Assembly: GCA_964291215.2 (NCBI GenBank)
Contig: OZ219790.1
Coordinates: 1,376,001-1,440,000, forward strand
Length of the DNA: 64,000 nucleotides
Source: Alphaproteobacteria bacterium
GTDB lineage: Bacteria; Pseudomonadota; Alphaproteobacteria; MPNO01; UBA830
Reading direction: 5' to 3'
Both the position numbers and the translations under genes were made by a program. This document shows, piece after piece, positions 53,743-64,000 of the stretch. Position 1 is the first letter of the stretch. Each line of letters opens with the position of its first letter. Under the pieces are notes generated by a model. The model ran no database searches, was not told the DNA's origin, and was given only the letters and a program-made list of their open reading frames with translations.

Positions 53743-54338
53743 TGCGGTGTCTTCCCGGTAGACCCGGCCAGGGTGGTCGGCGCGCCCGCCGGAGCCGATG
53801 CCTGGCGTCCGGCCATCGATCCCGGTGCCGGGGCGCCGCCCTTGCGGATCGTGCGTACGAGTTCCCGCGCACCCTCGGGATCAACATCCTCGTAGTAGTC
53901 GTCGTCGATCCACACGATCGGCGCGTTCACGCAGGCGCCGAGGCACTCGAACTCGCTCAGCGAGAACAACCCGTCCGCGCTGGTCTGGCCGGTGGCGCAG
54001 CCGAGCTCGTCCTCGAGGGCGGAGACGATGCCGGCGCTGCCGCGCAGCCAGCACGGCGTCGTCGTGCACACCCGGAGCTCGTGGCGCCCGCGCGGGCTGT
54101 CGTGGAACATCTCGTAGAAGGAGACGATCTCATAGACCCGGATCGGCGCCATGTCGAGCATGTCCGCGACATGGTCGATGGCCGCGCGCGGCAGCCAGCC
54201 GCCGCACTGGCGCTGGGCGAGATCGAGAAGCGCGAGCACCGCGCTGGCCTGGCGCCCCGCGGGATACCTGGCGACATGGGCGGCGGCGAGGCGGCCGTTC
54301 TCGGCGGTGAACGCGAAGCTGTCAGCGGCGCCGGTCAT
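53736..54338 (-). CDS. nuoE: NADH-quinone oxidoreductase subunit E
   Basis: [31 protein letters not shown]. Confidence 0.95.
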   Translation of the reverse strand: MTGAADSFAFTAENGRLAAAHVARYPAGRQASAVLALLDLAQRQCGGWLPRAAIDHVADMLDMAPIRVYEIVSFYEMFHDSPRGRHELRVCTTTPCWLRGSAGIVSALEDELGCATGQTSADGLFSLSEFECLGACVNAPIVWIDDDYYEDVDPEGARELVRTIRKGGAPAPGSMAGRQASAPAGAPTTLAGSTGKTPQC

Positions 54339-55516
54339 CGGTCGATCTCGCCGAACACGATATCCATGGAGCCGACGATCGCGACCATGTCGGCCAGCAT
54401 GTGCCCGCGCGACAGGAAGTCGGTCGCCTGCAGGAAGGCAAAGCCCGGCGCCCTGATCTTGCAACGGTAGGGCTTGTTGGAGCCGTCGGCGACGAGGAAC
54501 ACGGCGAACTCCCCCTTGGGCGCCTCGACCGCGGTGTAGGTTTCGCCCGCGGTCACGTGATAGCCCTCGGTATAGAGTTTGAAGTGGTGGATCAGCGCCT
54601 CCATCGAGCGTTTCATCTCGATGCGCGGGGGCGGCGCGATCTTGGGGTCGCTCGTATGCACGGGGCCAGCGGGCAGGTTCTCGATGCACTGGCGGATGAT
54701 GCGCAGGCTCTGGCGCATCTCCTCGACGCGGACGAGATAGCGGTCGAAGCAGTCGCCGTTGCGGCCAACCGGGATATCGAACTCCATCAGCCTGTAGACG
54801 TCGTAGGGCTGCGCCTTGCGCAGGTCCCAAGGCACGCCGCTGGCGCGGAGCATGGGTCCGGAAAAGCCCCAGTCGAGTGCGTCGTCGCGGTCGACGACGC
54901 CGATGTCGACCGTGCGCTGGCGGAAGATGCGGTTGTCGGTGAGCAGCGCCTCGACATCGTCGATGATGGCGGGAAAGCTGTCACAGAACGCGGCGATGTC
55001 CTCGACCAGCCCCGACGGCAGGTCGCGGTGCACGCCGCCCGGGCGGAAATAGGCTGCGTGCAGCCGCGCCCCGGACACGCGCTCGTAGAACTCCATCAGC
55101 TTCTCGCGCTCCTCAAAGCCCCACAAGAGCGGCGTCATCGCGCCGACATCGAGGGCGAAGGCGCTGATGTTGAGGATGTGGTTGAGCAGCCGCGTGATCT
55201 CGCTGAACAGCACCCGGATATACTGTCCGCGAAGCGGCACGGCGATGCCGGCAAGCTTCTCGACGGCAAGCGCGAAGGCGTGCTCCTGGCACATCGGCGA
55301 CACGTAGTCGAGGCGGTCGAAATACGGCACCGCCTGGAGATAGGTCTTGTATTCGATCAGCTTTTCGGTGCCGCGGTGGAGGAGGCCGATATGCGGGTCG
55401 CAGCGTTCGACGATCTCGCCGTCCATCTCGACGACAAGCCGCAGCACGCCGTGCGCCGCCGGATGCTGCGGCCCGAAATTCATGGTCAGGTTCTTGATCC
55501 CGGCATCGGTCATCAT
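54335..55516 (-). CDS. nuoD: NADH-quinone oxidoreductase subunit D
   Basis: [34 protein letters not shown]. Confidence 0.96.
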   Translation of the reverse strand: MMTDAGIKNLTMNFGPQHPAAHGVLRLVVEMDGEIVERCDPHIGLLHRGTEKLIEYKTYLQAVPYFDRLDYVSPMCQEHAFALAVEKLAGIAVPLRGQYIRVLFSEITRLLNHILNISAFALDVGAMTPLLWGFEEREKLMEFYERVSGARLHAAYFRPGGVHRDLPSGLVEDIAAFCDSFPAIIDDVEALLTDNRIFRQRTVDIGVVDRDDALDWGFSGPMLRASGVPWDLRKAQPYDVYRLMEFDIPVGRNGDCFDRYLVRVEEMRQSLRIIRQCIENLPAGPVHTSDPKIAPPPRIEMKRSMEALIHHFKLYTEGYHVTAGETYTAVEAPKGEFAVFLVADGSNKPYRCKIRAPGFAFLQATDFLSRGHMLADMVAIVGSMDIVFGEIDR

Positions 55517-56130
55517 GCGGCCTTCCCGTCATCCCCGGCCTTCTCGTCGCCGGGCAGGATGTGGGGGGCGCCCTCCCACGGGCTCATGAAGTCGAAGTTG
55601 CGGAAATCCTGGGTCAGCTTCACGGGCTCCTGGATCACCCGCTTCTGCTCCTCGTCGTAACGCACCTCTACATAGCCGGTCAGCGGGAAGTCCTTGCGCA
55701 ACGGATGGCCCTCGAAACCGTAATCGGTCAGCATGCGGCGCAGATCCGGATGGCCGGAAAACGCGATGCCGAACATGTCCCAGACCTCGCGCTCGAACCA
55801 GCCGGCGGCACTGAAGAGCGGGACCGCGGACGGAACCGGCTCCGACTCGCCGGCCGTCACCTTGACGCGGATGCGCTGGTTGTGGGTCAGGCTCAGGAGA
55901 TTGTAGACGACTTCGAAGCGCTCGCCGCGCTCGGGATAGTCGACCGCGGTGATGTCGGCAAGCATCTTGAACAGGCAGCTGGGGTCGTCGCGCAGGAACT
56001 TGAGGACGGCGAGGAGTTCGTCGCGCCCGGTCTCGAGCACCAGCTCGCCGTGCGTGATCTCCGACGCCGACGACGCGAGCGGCGGCGCCGATCGCACATA
56101 CTCTGCAAGTTCGTGGAGCGCTTCGTCCAT
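55513..56130 (-). CDS. nuoC: NADH-quinone oxidoreductase subunit C
   Basis: [37 protein letters not shown]. Confidence 0.96.
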   Translation of the reverse strand: MDEALHELAEYVRSAPPLASSASEITHGELVLETGRDELLAVLKFLRDDPSCLFKMLADITAVDYPERGERFEVVYNLLSLTHNQRIRVKVTAGESEPVPSAVPLFSAAGWFEREVWDMFGIAFSGHPDLRRMLTDYGFEGHPLRKDFPLTGYVEVRYDEEQKRVIQEPVKLTQDFRNFDFMSPWEGAPHILPGDEKAGDDGKAA

Positions 56131-56154
56131 CAGTTTTCGACAACCTGCCCTGGC

Positions 56155-56673
56155 CTAGCGCGCGATGGTGCTGGTACGTCCGATTTTCTTCTGCAACTGC
56201 AGGATTCCGTAGAGAAGCGCCTCAGCCGTCGGCGGACAACCCGGAACATAGACATCGACCGGCACGATGCGATCGCAGCCGCGCACCACGGAATAGGAAT
56301 AGTGGTAGTAGCCGCCGCCGTTGGCGCAGCTGCCCATGGAGATCACCCAGCGCGGCTCGGCCATCTGGTCGTAGACCTTGCGCAGCGCCGGCGCCATCTT
56401 GTTGGTGAGCGTACCCGCGACGATCATCACGTCGGACTGGCGCGGCGACGGGCGGAAGATCGCGCCGAAGCGGTCGAGGTCGTAGCGGCTGGCCGCCGTA
56501 TGCATCATCTCGACGGCGCAGCAGGCGAGCCCGAAGGTCATCGGCCACAGTGAGCCGGCCTGCGCCCACGACACCAGCCGGTCCAGTCGGGTAACCAGGA
56601 ATCCCTTGTCGCCGAGTTCGCGCCCAGCCGCCGCCGACAGCGCGGGCGTCACGCCGGAATCACCTACTCCCAT
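56155..56673 (-). CDS. nuoB: NADH-quinone oxidoreductase subunit B
   Basis: [32 protein letters not shown]. Confidence 0.96.
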   Translation of the reverse strand: MGVGDSGVTPALSAAAGRELGDKGFLVTRLDRLVSWAQAGSLWPMTFGLACCAVEMMHTAASRYDLDRFGAIFRPSPRQSDVMIVAGTLTNKMAPALRKVYDQMAEPRWVISMGSCANGGGYYHYSYSVVRGCDRIVPVDVYVPGCPPTAEALLYGILQLQKKIGRTSTIAR

Positions 56674-57029
56674 TCCAGAGCCCCCTTGCGCCATTCATAG
56701 ACGAAGCCGACGGCAAGCACGCCGAGAAACGCCATCATCGACCAGAACCCGAACAGGCCGGTATCGGACAACGAGACCGCCCACGGAAACAGGAACGCGA
56801 TCTCGAGGTCGAAGATGATGAACAGGATCGCGACCAGATAGAATCGGACGTCGAACTGGCCGCGCGCGTTGTCAAAGGCGTCGAAGCCGCATTCGTAGGC
56901 CGACACCTTCTCGGGGTCGGGGCGCTGGCGGGCGACGATGTAAGACGCGATCACCGCCGCGGCAGCCATGCCTGCGGCGATCCCGATGAACAGCAGGATG
57001 GGCAGGTATTCCCGCAGCATGTCGTGCAT
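56664..57029 (-). CDS. nuoA: NADH-quinone oxidoreductase subunit A
   Basis: [39 protein letters not shown]. Confidence 0.96.
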   Translation of the reverse strand: MHDMLREYLPILLFIGIAAGMAAAAVIASYIVARQRPDPEKVSAYECGFDAFDNARGQFDVRFYLVAILFIIFDLEIAFLFPWAVSLSDTGLFGFWSMMAFLGVLAVGFVYEWRKGALEWE

Positions 57030-57220
57030 GTGCGCGCTCCGCATATGGCTGGTTCCATCCCGGCAGGCACGGACATGCCGGACCGTGCGAGCAGCAGGGC
57101 CGCTCCGGCCGCGCCCGGTGGCGCGACGCCGGGCCGTTTATACGGCCAATGGAACAGGAATTCAAAGTCCCCTGCGAATCTCCGCACCCGGCCGCCGGGG
57201 CGGCAGACAGACAGGGAATG

Positions 57221-57298
57221 TGGCGGGAGTGACGGGACTCGAACCCGCGGCCTCTGGCGTGACAGGCCAGCGCTCTAACCAAACTGAGCTACACCCCC
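57221..57298 (-). tRNA. tRNA-Asp (GTC)
   Basis: GGGGGTGTAGCTCAGTTTGGTTAGAGCGCTGGCCT-GTC-ACGCCAGAGGCCGCGGGTTCGAGTCCCGTCACTCCCGCCA; cloverleaf and CCA present. Confidence 0.96.
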
Positions 57299-57550
57299 GG
57301 GGAACCCGGCCGCCGCGCGGACGCGGGGCGCGAGCGTTGTCGTTCGCCCGACAGGAGCGTCAATCTACACCATGGCCGGGCCGCCGTCCACAGCAATCTT
57401 GCGGACCATCGTCCGGTCAAGCCTCCCCGCCGTGCGCGCGCCCGGCGGCGGCGGTTCGACAGCCGCGGGCCTTTGTGCCACGGTCGGCCGCGAGCCTGCA
57501 TCCCGCCGCACCCGCCCGGATGCAGCGTCCAGGCCACGGGAGACGACCTC

Positions 57551-58519
57551 ATGAAATACCGCACACTCGGCTGCTGCACCGACGAGATTTCTGCGATCGG
57601 GCTCGGCTGCATGACGATGACCGGCCTCTACGGGCCGGCCGACGACGGCAAATCGGTGGCCACCGTCCAGGCCGCGCTCGATGCCGGGATGAACTTCATC
57701 GACACCTCCGACTTCTACGGCGCGGGCCAGAACGAGGAGATGCTCGCCGGTGCGCTCAAGGGCCGCCGCGACACGGCCTTCATTGCCACCAAGTTCGGCA
57801 ATCTCGGCAGCCGCGCCGACGGTCGGCCGGAGTACGTCGCCGAGGCCTGCGAAAGGAGCCTTGCCCGGCTCGGGATCGACGTGATCGATCTCTATTTCCA
57901 GCACCGCGTCGATCCCGACGTGCCGATCGAGGACACGGTCGGTGCCATGGCGCGCCTCGTCGAACAGGGCAAGGTGCGCTGGCTCGGCCTCTCCGAAGCC
58001 GGGCCCGAAACCATCCGCAGGGCGCACGCGACGCATCCGATCGCGGCGCTGCAGACCGAGTATTCCCTGTGGACGCGCTTCGTCGAGACCGACTACCTCG
58101 CGCTCCTGCGGGAACTCGGCATCGGCTTCGTCGCCTATTCGCCGCTCGGCCGCGGCATGCTGACAGGCGCCATCGAGGGATTCGGAAGCCTCGCGGAGAA
58201 CGACCGCAGGAAGGACCACCCCCGCTTCAAGGAGGGCAACATCGAGGCCAACGTCAGGATCGTCCGGCCGCTTGCGGATATCGCGGCCGAAAAGGGCGTA
58301 AGCAGCGCGCGGCTCGCCCTCGCCTGGCTACTCGCGCAGGGCGACGACATCGTGCCGATTCCGGGCATGCGCCGGCGCGCCCACCTCGCGGACAACATCG
58401 TGGCAGCCGATCTCGAACTGTCGCCCGAGGAGGCGCGGCGGATCGGCGATTCGATAGCCGCGGGCGCGGTGGCGGGCACGCGCTATCCCGAACAGCAGCT
58501 TCCCGGCCTCGGTCTCTGA
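57551..58519 (+). CDS. Aldo/keto reductase
   Basis: SAIGLGCM, DTSDFYG, IATKFG, IDLYFQHRVD, GLSE, QTEYSLW, YSPLGRG. Confidence 0.93.
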   Translation: MKYRTLGCCTDEISAIGLGCMTMTGLYGPADDGKSVATVQAALDAGMNFIDTSDFYGAGQNEEMLAGALKGRRDTAFIATKFGNLGSRADGRPEYVAEACERSLARLGIDVIDLYFQHRVDPDVPIEDTVGAMARLVEQGKVRWLGLSEAGPETIRRAHATHPIAALQTEYSLWTRFVETDYLALLRELGIGFVAYSPLGRGMLTGAIEGFGSLAENDRRKDHPRFKEGNIEANVRIVRPLADIAAEKGVSSARLALAWLLAQGDDIVPIPGMRRRAHLADNIVAADLELSPEEARRIGDSIAAGAVAGTRYPEQQLPGLGL

Positions 58520-59179
58520 GCCCGACAACGGCCGGCCCGTGGCCACCGCGCCGACGCTCCGGAACCGGTGGAGGCACGGACATCCGCAGCCAGCCTGGTC
58601 GAGCGGTGGATGCGCCGGTCGGGAAAGGCGGCAACGGTTCCGCGATCTCGGCGACGGCAGGAGATTCCACAAGCAAGGTCGCTGCCGGCGGGTGACCGCC
58701 GTCGGCAGCCGCCCGGAGTTCGGAAAGCTTGCACACGGGATGCCAGCAATATCACCACGTGGCATCGTCGATGTATTGCGAGGCGATCTCTTCTCCCCCT
58801 CTGCCTCGCGCATCCGCCGACCGGACCGACACGGAATCGTCGCGAACCGGGAACGCGTTGTTCCTTCCATCATGCCGGCAGCTGCAAGGACAAACTCGCG
58901 GGCGGCCCGCGAGCAGACTGCACGTTCGCATTCCGGCCTCGTCCGGACAGCCCGCATGCCGCGCTGGCACGGAACGTGTCCAGCCGCCCCAGGACCAGCG
59001 CCGGCCGATGTTCCGCCGCCGGGCGACGCCAGCATCGGGGTGATGTCTCGCCACCGTTCCCGGGCGAGATGCCCGGCTGCGCGCGGTGTCGTCGCCGGCC
59101 GCCATTCATCACGAGGGTCGTCCGCGACGGAAATTGGTGTACCCTGCGCGCGACGACGGCAAAGGGAGGGCAGCGCTCC

Positions 59180-60214
59180 ATGAATCCCGTACCGATCGGC
59201 GTCTTCGACCATGTCGACCGCCGCCCCGAAGTTTCGCTCAAGCAGACCTACGAGGACCGCCTCAAGCTCGTCGAGGCCTATGATCGTGCCGGGTTCTACG
59301 CCTACCAGATCGCCGAGCACCACGCGACGCCGCTCGCTATGGCGCCGTCGCCGGGGATCTTCCTGTCCCTGGTCGCGCAGCGAACCGAGCGCATCCGCTT
59401 CGGGCCGATGGTCTACGTGCTGCCGCTGCATCATCCGCTCCGCCTTCTCGAGGAGGTGTGCATGCTGGACCAGCTCTCGGCGGGCCGGTTCGAACTCGGG
59501 GTCGGGCGCGGCGTGTCACCGCTCGAGCTCGCGCATTACGGCGTCGACCGCAACGAGGCACGGACGATATATGACGAGACCCTGGAGATCCTCCTCAAGG
59601 GCCTGGCCATGGGCGCAGACGACCTCACCCATCATGGCCGGCATTTCGATTTCGAGAACGTGCCCGTAGCCTTCGAGGCCGTACAACGACCGCACCCGCC
59701 GGTCTGGGCGGGCATCGGCACGGCAGACGGCGCGCGGCGCGCCGGGGCGCTCGGCCGGAACGTGCTGACCAATTCGCCACTCGCCTTCGCCGGCGAGATC
59801 ATGAAGCTCTATGCCGACGCCTATGCCGAGAACCACGGCGGTGGGGAGCTGCCGAAGATGGCCGTCTGCCGCCACATCTACGTGGCGCCCACGGACGCTG
59901 AGGCGGTGGCGGTGATGCGCGGGGCCTACAGGGCGTGGTGGGATCACTTCATCGCGCTGTGGAAGCGCCACGGCGCCGATGTTGTGGTCGCTCAGTACGA
60001 GGAGGATTTCGATGCCTCGCGGGCCAAGGACCTGTTCGTCGTCGGCTCGCCGGCTACGGTCGCCGCCGAGATCGAGCGCTCCCTCGAAGTGTCAGGCACC
60101 AACTACTTCGTCGCCCGCTTCGCGTACGGCTCGCTCACCTACGAGCAGTCGCGCGCCGCGCTCGACCTGTTCGTCGACGAGGTGATGCCGAAGGTGGGCC
60201 TCCGCATACAGTAA
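59180..60214 (+). CDS. LLM-class (luciferase-like) flavin-dependent oxidoreductase
   Basis: IAEHH, PSP, TERIRFG, HPLRLLEE..MLDQLSAGRFELGVGRG, FVDEVMP. Confidence 0.9.
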   Translation: MNPVPIGVFDHVDRRPEVSLKQTYEDRLKLVEAYDRAGFYAYQIAEHHATPLAMAPSPGIFLSLVAQRTERIRFGPMVYVLPLHHPLRLLEEVCMLDQLSAGRFELGVGRGVSPLELAHYGVDRNEARTIYDETLEILLKGLAMGADDLTHHGRHFDFENVPVAFEAVQRPHPPVWAGIGTADGARRAGALGRNVLTNSPLAFAGEIMKLYADAYAENHGGGELPKMAVCRHIYVAPTDAEAVAVMRGAYRAWWDHFIALWKRHGADVVVAQYEEDFDASRAKDLFVVGSPATVAAEIERSLEVSGTNYFVARFAYGSLTYEQSRAALDLFVDEVMPKVGLRIQ

Positions 60215-60244
60215 CGGGAACCTCTCTCAAGGCTGGAAGAGTAA

Positions 60245-61388
60245 GGGCTATCGCCAAAATAAATAGGTCATTATGTCCGTGGCGTGAGGGTGTAGTTCCA
60301 CTCGCCGTGGAACAGGTCTCTGCGGATGGCGAGGCCATCCATCTGATCGTCGCTGACCTTGACCCCGAGCGGATAGCTGTTCTCGTCGAGGTACGAGCGT
60401 ATGGTGAGGCCGGTGGCGGCGATCAGCTTGACGATCACCTGGTAGCTGACGAGGGGCCGGCCGCGCCAGTTCCGGGTGATGTGGCAGAACATCCGGTGCT
60501 CGATCTTGTTCCACTTTCCGGGCGGGAAGCGGGCCACCGACACCTTCAACCCGAGTTCGTCGGCGAGGTGCTGCAGCTTCCACAGCCGGTTGCGGCTGCT
60601 GCCGTCGGCGGTGATCAGCAGGCGCCCGGCATAGAGCAGTTGGCCCATCTGCCGCCACCAGCGGCGCAGGGTCTCGACCGCGAATGCCGCCGTGTCATGT
60701 CCGACGCTGACCCGGCCGGCATTGGCGGTGAGATCGTAGACCCCGCAGGGGATCGCCTTGCCGAGCTCGGGGAAGTCATGCACGTTGACGGCTTCAGGGT
60801 CGCCCTTGGGCCGCCATTGCGGTACTGGATTTCCTTCTTCTTGGTGTCACCACAGGCTGGCCTCTGGAACGCGCGCACCCGGCGCGTCGGAACTGCGCAT
60901 CCCGGTGCTGGCGGCCTTCCAGCGTCTTGCGATTGGCCTGGAGGCTGTACCCCGGATCGTGGAGCAGCCGGTTCACCGTGCGCTCGCTGACCCTCGACCG
61001 CAAGACGGTCCGCCAGCGGCACTGTGAAACCGCAATGAACTCTCCGGATCGCCGCGCGTCATCGGTTCAAGCTCGCGCGCCGCCACCAAACCCGGATCCG
61101 TCACCCGCTTGCGCCCGCCGCCGGGGCGACGCAAACGTCCTGAAGGAATCTCACTCGAAGACTCGCAGGCTGCGTCCGAATCAAGCTCCTCCGGCGCGAA
61201 CGGTGCCCATCCCCGTCGCCTCGACCACTCGCCCGATGGCACGGGCCGCCGCCCACAGGCGCCGCGCACGTTCGTTCAGAACCGGACGCAACACCACAAA
61301 CTTGGATCGCAGCGTATCGACCATCGCTTCCATGGCATCATCGATGGCAAATCCACACCAAAAAAACAATCTATTTTGGCGTGAGTCC
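60245..61388 (-). mobile_element. ISAzo13-family element with frameshifted transposase
   Basis: TIRs GGGCTATCGCCAAAATA / TATTTTGGCGTGAGTCC, TAA on both sides; motifs LNERARRLWAAA, YSLQANRKTLEG, HDFP..GKAIP.GVYD, ITADG, KWNKIEHRMF, FHGEWNYT. Confidence 0.88.
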
Positions 61389-61651
61389 TAAGCGTTCGCT
61401 CGTGCGGTGATGACGATCTGCGGCGGGTTTATTTGGGCGGTTGCAAGAAGGGCGCTGGTAATCGGAATTCGGCTGTGCTATCAGGTCGTGCATGGTCATG
61501 TGCATCAAGGATTTCGTGTCATCATCGGGTGCGGACGCCGCTGGCGACGTGCCGCAGTCGTCGTGTCGTGATTCGGTCACCTGGAAGTCCCTGTACGATC
61601 GCGAGCGTATTCGAGCCGAGGCTGCGGAGGGTCGCTGTGAGGATCTGCGCT
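61389..61651 (+). mobile_element. Left part of an IS66-family element homologous to 18080-18390
   Basis: (G)TAAGCGTTCGCTCGTGCGGTGATGACGATCTGCG and ORF MVMCIKDFVSSSGADAAGDVPQSS nearly identical to the 18185 ORF. Confidence 0.8.
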
Positions 61652-63485
61652 TGTGTTGTCGGTTGGATAAACCGGCGGGATTTCGGCGATTCGCCGCGCT
61701 TTTCAGGATCGTGTTTCTTTCCTGTTGTCAGGTCCTGTTGTCGCGGTTTCAGTGTTTGTCTGTTTGTCTCTGTGAACCCCGCCCGTTTTCTTCCCTGTTG
61801 TCGTTCCGGTCCGGTTCCGGTTTTTCTGCCGGCATGTGATCCGGGCTCCTGAGGGTTGTCGGGAGGGTTCTAGTAGTCCACCGACATTGTATTGATGATT
61901 TTTGGTGGGTAGTATTTCCGTGTCGGCGTTCGTTGGAATCTGGACAGTGCGGATATCCACACGGGCAAGATGCCGAACGGGCAGGCAGCAGCGGCCCCAT
62001 GCGCAGGTCCGGACAACGGGCATGCCCGCAGGTCTTCGGGGCAATGACAGGAGCGGCGCATATGGCCAACTCCCAAGGCAGGAAGCTCTACCGCGTGACC
62101 CTTTCAACGCAGGAGCGCCAGGATCTGAAGGCGATCGTCGACGGTACCGGGGCCGCCTGGCACAGGTCCTGATGCTGAGGGGCGCTTGTCGATGCCGACA
62201 TTGCGCAAGGGCTGGGCATCGGCACGGCGACGGTCGAGCGTTTGCGCAAGCGCTGCGTCCTGGAGGGACGCCGCCCTCAGCCGCAAGGAGCAGGTGAACC
62301 GCCGGCCAAAACGGCTGGACGGGGCGATGGAGGCGAAGCTGATCTCGTCCCCGCCCGAGGGCTGTGGACGCTGCTCGCCGGCCGTCTGGTGGAGATCGTC
62401 GAGCGCATTTTGGAAGAGACGGTCAGGAAGACGCTAAAAAAGAGATCAAGCCGTGGCTGAACTGGTGCATTCCACCGCACCGGAGGGCACAGTTCGTGGC
62501 GGCGGTGTGCTTGACATTTATCAGCGGGACTTTGCCAGGGACGAGGTGCTGAGACCAGCCGGCAGCAGACGAAGGAAACCCCCCGTCCTCCGGTCAGCCG
62601 GAGGTGGTCGACTATGAATATGAGCGCAACGGCACGGCCAACCTCTTCATGGCCTTTGCGCCCAACGAGAACTGGCGCACGGTGAAAGTCACCGACCGCC
62701 GCGGGACTGGGCGCACTTCATCCGGGAGCTTGCCGACGACCATTTCCCCGATAGAAAGATCGTACTGGACAATCTGAACACGCACAGTCGCTGTATGAAG
62801 CCTTCGAGCCTGAGGAGGCGGGTACGAAAGCGGTTCGAGTTTCGCTACACGCCGAAGCACGGGAGCTGGCTCAACATGGCCGAGATCGGTGCGCTGTCGC
62901 GGCAGTGCCTTCGGCGACGCATTCCCGACCGTGACACCATGCGGCGGGAGACGGCGGCGTGGGTGGAACGGCGCAATGCGGCCGATGTCACTGTCGACTG
63001 GCGTTTCACGACGAAGGATGCCCGGACGAAACTGAAGTCTATATATCCATCAATCTAATAATGTCATACTGCTAGTGTTTCGCGGGACCGTCTGCTTCCC
63101 TGTCGTCCGGGCCCGGGGCGCCCTCGCGACGCCAGCACCAACAGATCAGCCTCGCCGCAAGGAGCCCTCCCAACGTCAGGACCATCGTCCTCGCGCAGGA
63201 CCACGATGAGACCGGAGAACGTCAGGCAGAAACCCTGCGCACAAGGCTGAAGGTCCCCCTCGCGTCACGCTCCACAGACGCCGACCGCAAGAAAACGCCG
63301 ACTGGAACGACATCATCAACACCAGAGCACAGGACCCGACAACAGGCAGAAAACGAAGACCGCGCGGCCTCTCGTCAACGCCGCATGTCCTCGTACCCGT
63401 GTTCGCCCAATCCACACGGCCAACCGCTCAAAAGCGCGGTTCTCCGCCGAAATCCCGCCGTTCTGAATCGCCGCCGACAGCTTAC
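61652..63485. repeat. Non-coding segment bounded by long imperfect inverted repeats, right end IS66-like (..GCTTAC)
   Basis: CGGCGGGATTTCGGCG, CCGCGCTTTT and CCTGTTGTCRGGTCCTGT at 61670-61740 recur as reverse complements at 63325-63465. Confidence 0.6.
61871..63074 (+). mobile_element. IS630-family element, degenerate transposase
   Basis: CTAG/TA at both ends; YRVTLS.QER, LKK..IKPW...WCIP, DYEYERNGTANLF, VLDNLNTH, FRYTPKHGSWLNMAE, DWRFTT.DAR.KLK.IYP. Confidence 0.85.
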
Positions 63486-63720
63486 AGGAGGTGGAGGAAC
63501 GGCTGGAGGTGGCGGAGGACGCCTGCTCGTGCTGCGGCACGTTGCCAACGGTTCGCACCAGGATCATCGAGATCAAAAGCGGCGGATTGTCCGCCCGCGC
63601 CGGGGCTGTGACTGCCCCGGTTCACCGAGCGAGGTGGCGGCTGTTTCCCGGCGCCGCATTCGGGTGTGGACGCATGTGCTGCACGAGCACTTTGCGTGCA
63701 TGCGCGCCGAGTCGCGCGCA
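63486..63720 (+). pseudogene. IS66 transposase internal fragment homologous to 18770-19000
   Basis: EVEERLEVAEDACSCCGTLPTV.TRIIEI...PRRGCDCPGSPSEVAA. Confidence 0.7.
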
Positions 63721-63803
63721 TGGCTTCCCTATCGAAGGCCGTTTGAGATATAATCGCGTACAATCGCACCCCGACGAGGCTGATGGAGCGCCGGAGGCTA
63801 GAA

Positions 63804-64000
63804 ATGACCTTCCTCAACAGTTTCGAGGCCGTCCACTATCGAGGCATAGATGGCCTGTCGTTCCCACACCTTGCACGCGCAAACCTCATCACGGGTGTGA
63901 ATGGAGTGGGAAAGACGGCGGTCCTGGAAGCAATGTGGTTATTTACCGGGCGAGACAACACATCCCTGCTGTGGAATCAACATGTGCAACGCACCGATAA
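63804..64000 (+). CDS. AAA_15/AAA_21-type ATPase, N-terminus only (runs off window)
   Basis: GGAGG RBS; manual translation MTFLNSFEAVHYRGIDGLSFPHLARANLITGVNGVGKTAVLEAMWL (Walker A); not in the supplied ORF track. Confidence 0.75.
   Translation, partial: MTFLNSFEAVHYRGIDGLSFPHLARANLITGVNGVGKTAVLEAMWLFTGRDNTSLLWNQHVQRTD

Noticed and set aside
57221-57298. tRNA-Asp as integration site of the island
   Set aside because: No duplicated tRNA 3' end seen; it lies directly upstream of nuoA, ~18 kb from the island
58520-59179. 660-bp intergenic region as ncRNA/riboswitch
   Set aside because: No recognisable motif or convincing ORF; cannot support without a covariance search
1-64000. CRISPR array or cas genes
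   Set aside because: No regularly spaced direct repeats or cas motifs noticed by eye

Overview
GC-rich bacterial chromosome segment, most likely from an alphaproteobacterium (compact nuoA-N-birA-coaX-rnj-DUF1467 order). Host regions: purine catabolism (uraH, puuE, uraD; 1-2125), methylamine/C1 catabolism (GcvT-family methyltransferase, dimethylglycine dehydrogenase, soxBDAG; 2948-12191), and DUF1467-rnj-coaX-birA-nuoN..A-tRNA-Asp-aldo/keto reductase-LLM monooxygenase (39573-60214). Between them is a ~27 kb accessory island (~12500-39300). It holds an integrase remnant, a resolvable nest of IS66-family elements and a group II intron (TIRs and 8-bp target duplications readable), an eroded ICE-like leading region (Zn-finger repeat gene, ssb, DUF2493) and a broken GNAT/DUF1778 TA pair. 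It also holds the main candidate system: an intact, tightly coupled 7-gene minus-strand operon (20590-33362). In it a DUF499 ATPase / small accessory / DUF1156 methyltransferase / PLD-SNF2 helicase restriction-like (BREX-related) system has a more AT-rich DUF262 + ABC-ATPase + putative RNase-effector triad (Menshen-like) inserted in the middle. The IS66 elements carry passenger genes (a DNA adenine methylase remnant; DUF4338/DruA-like). A second IS graveyard (60241-63720) precedes the start of another AAA ATPase at the window end. All family assignments come from motif recognition, not database searches.
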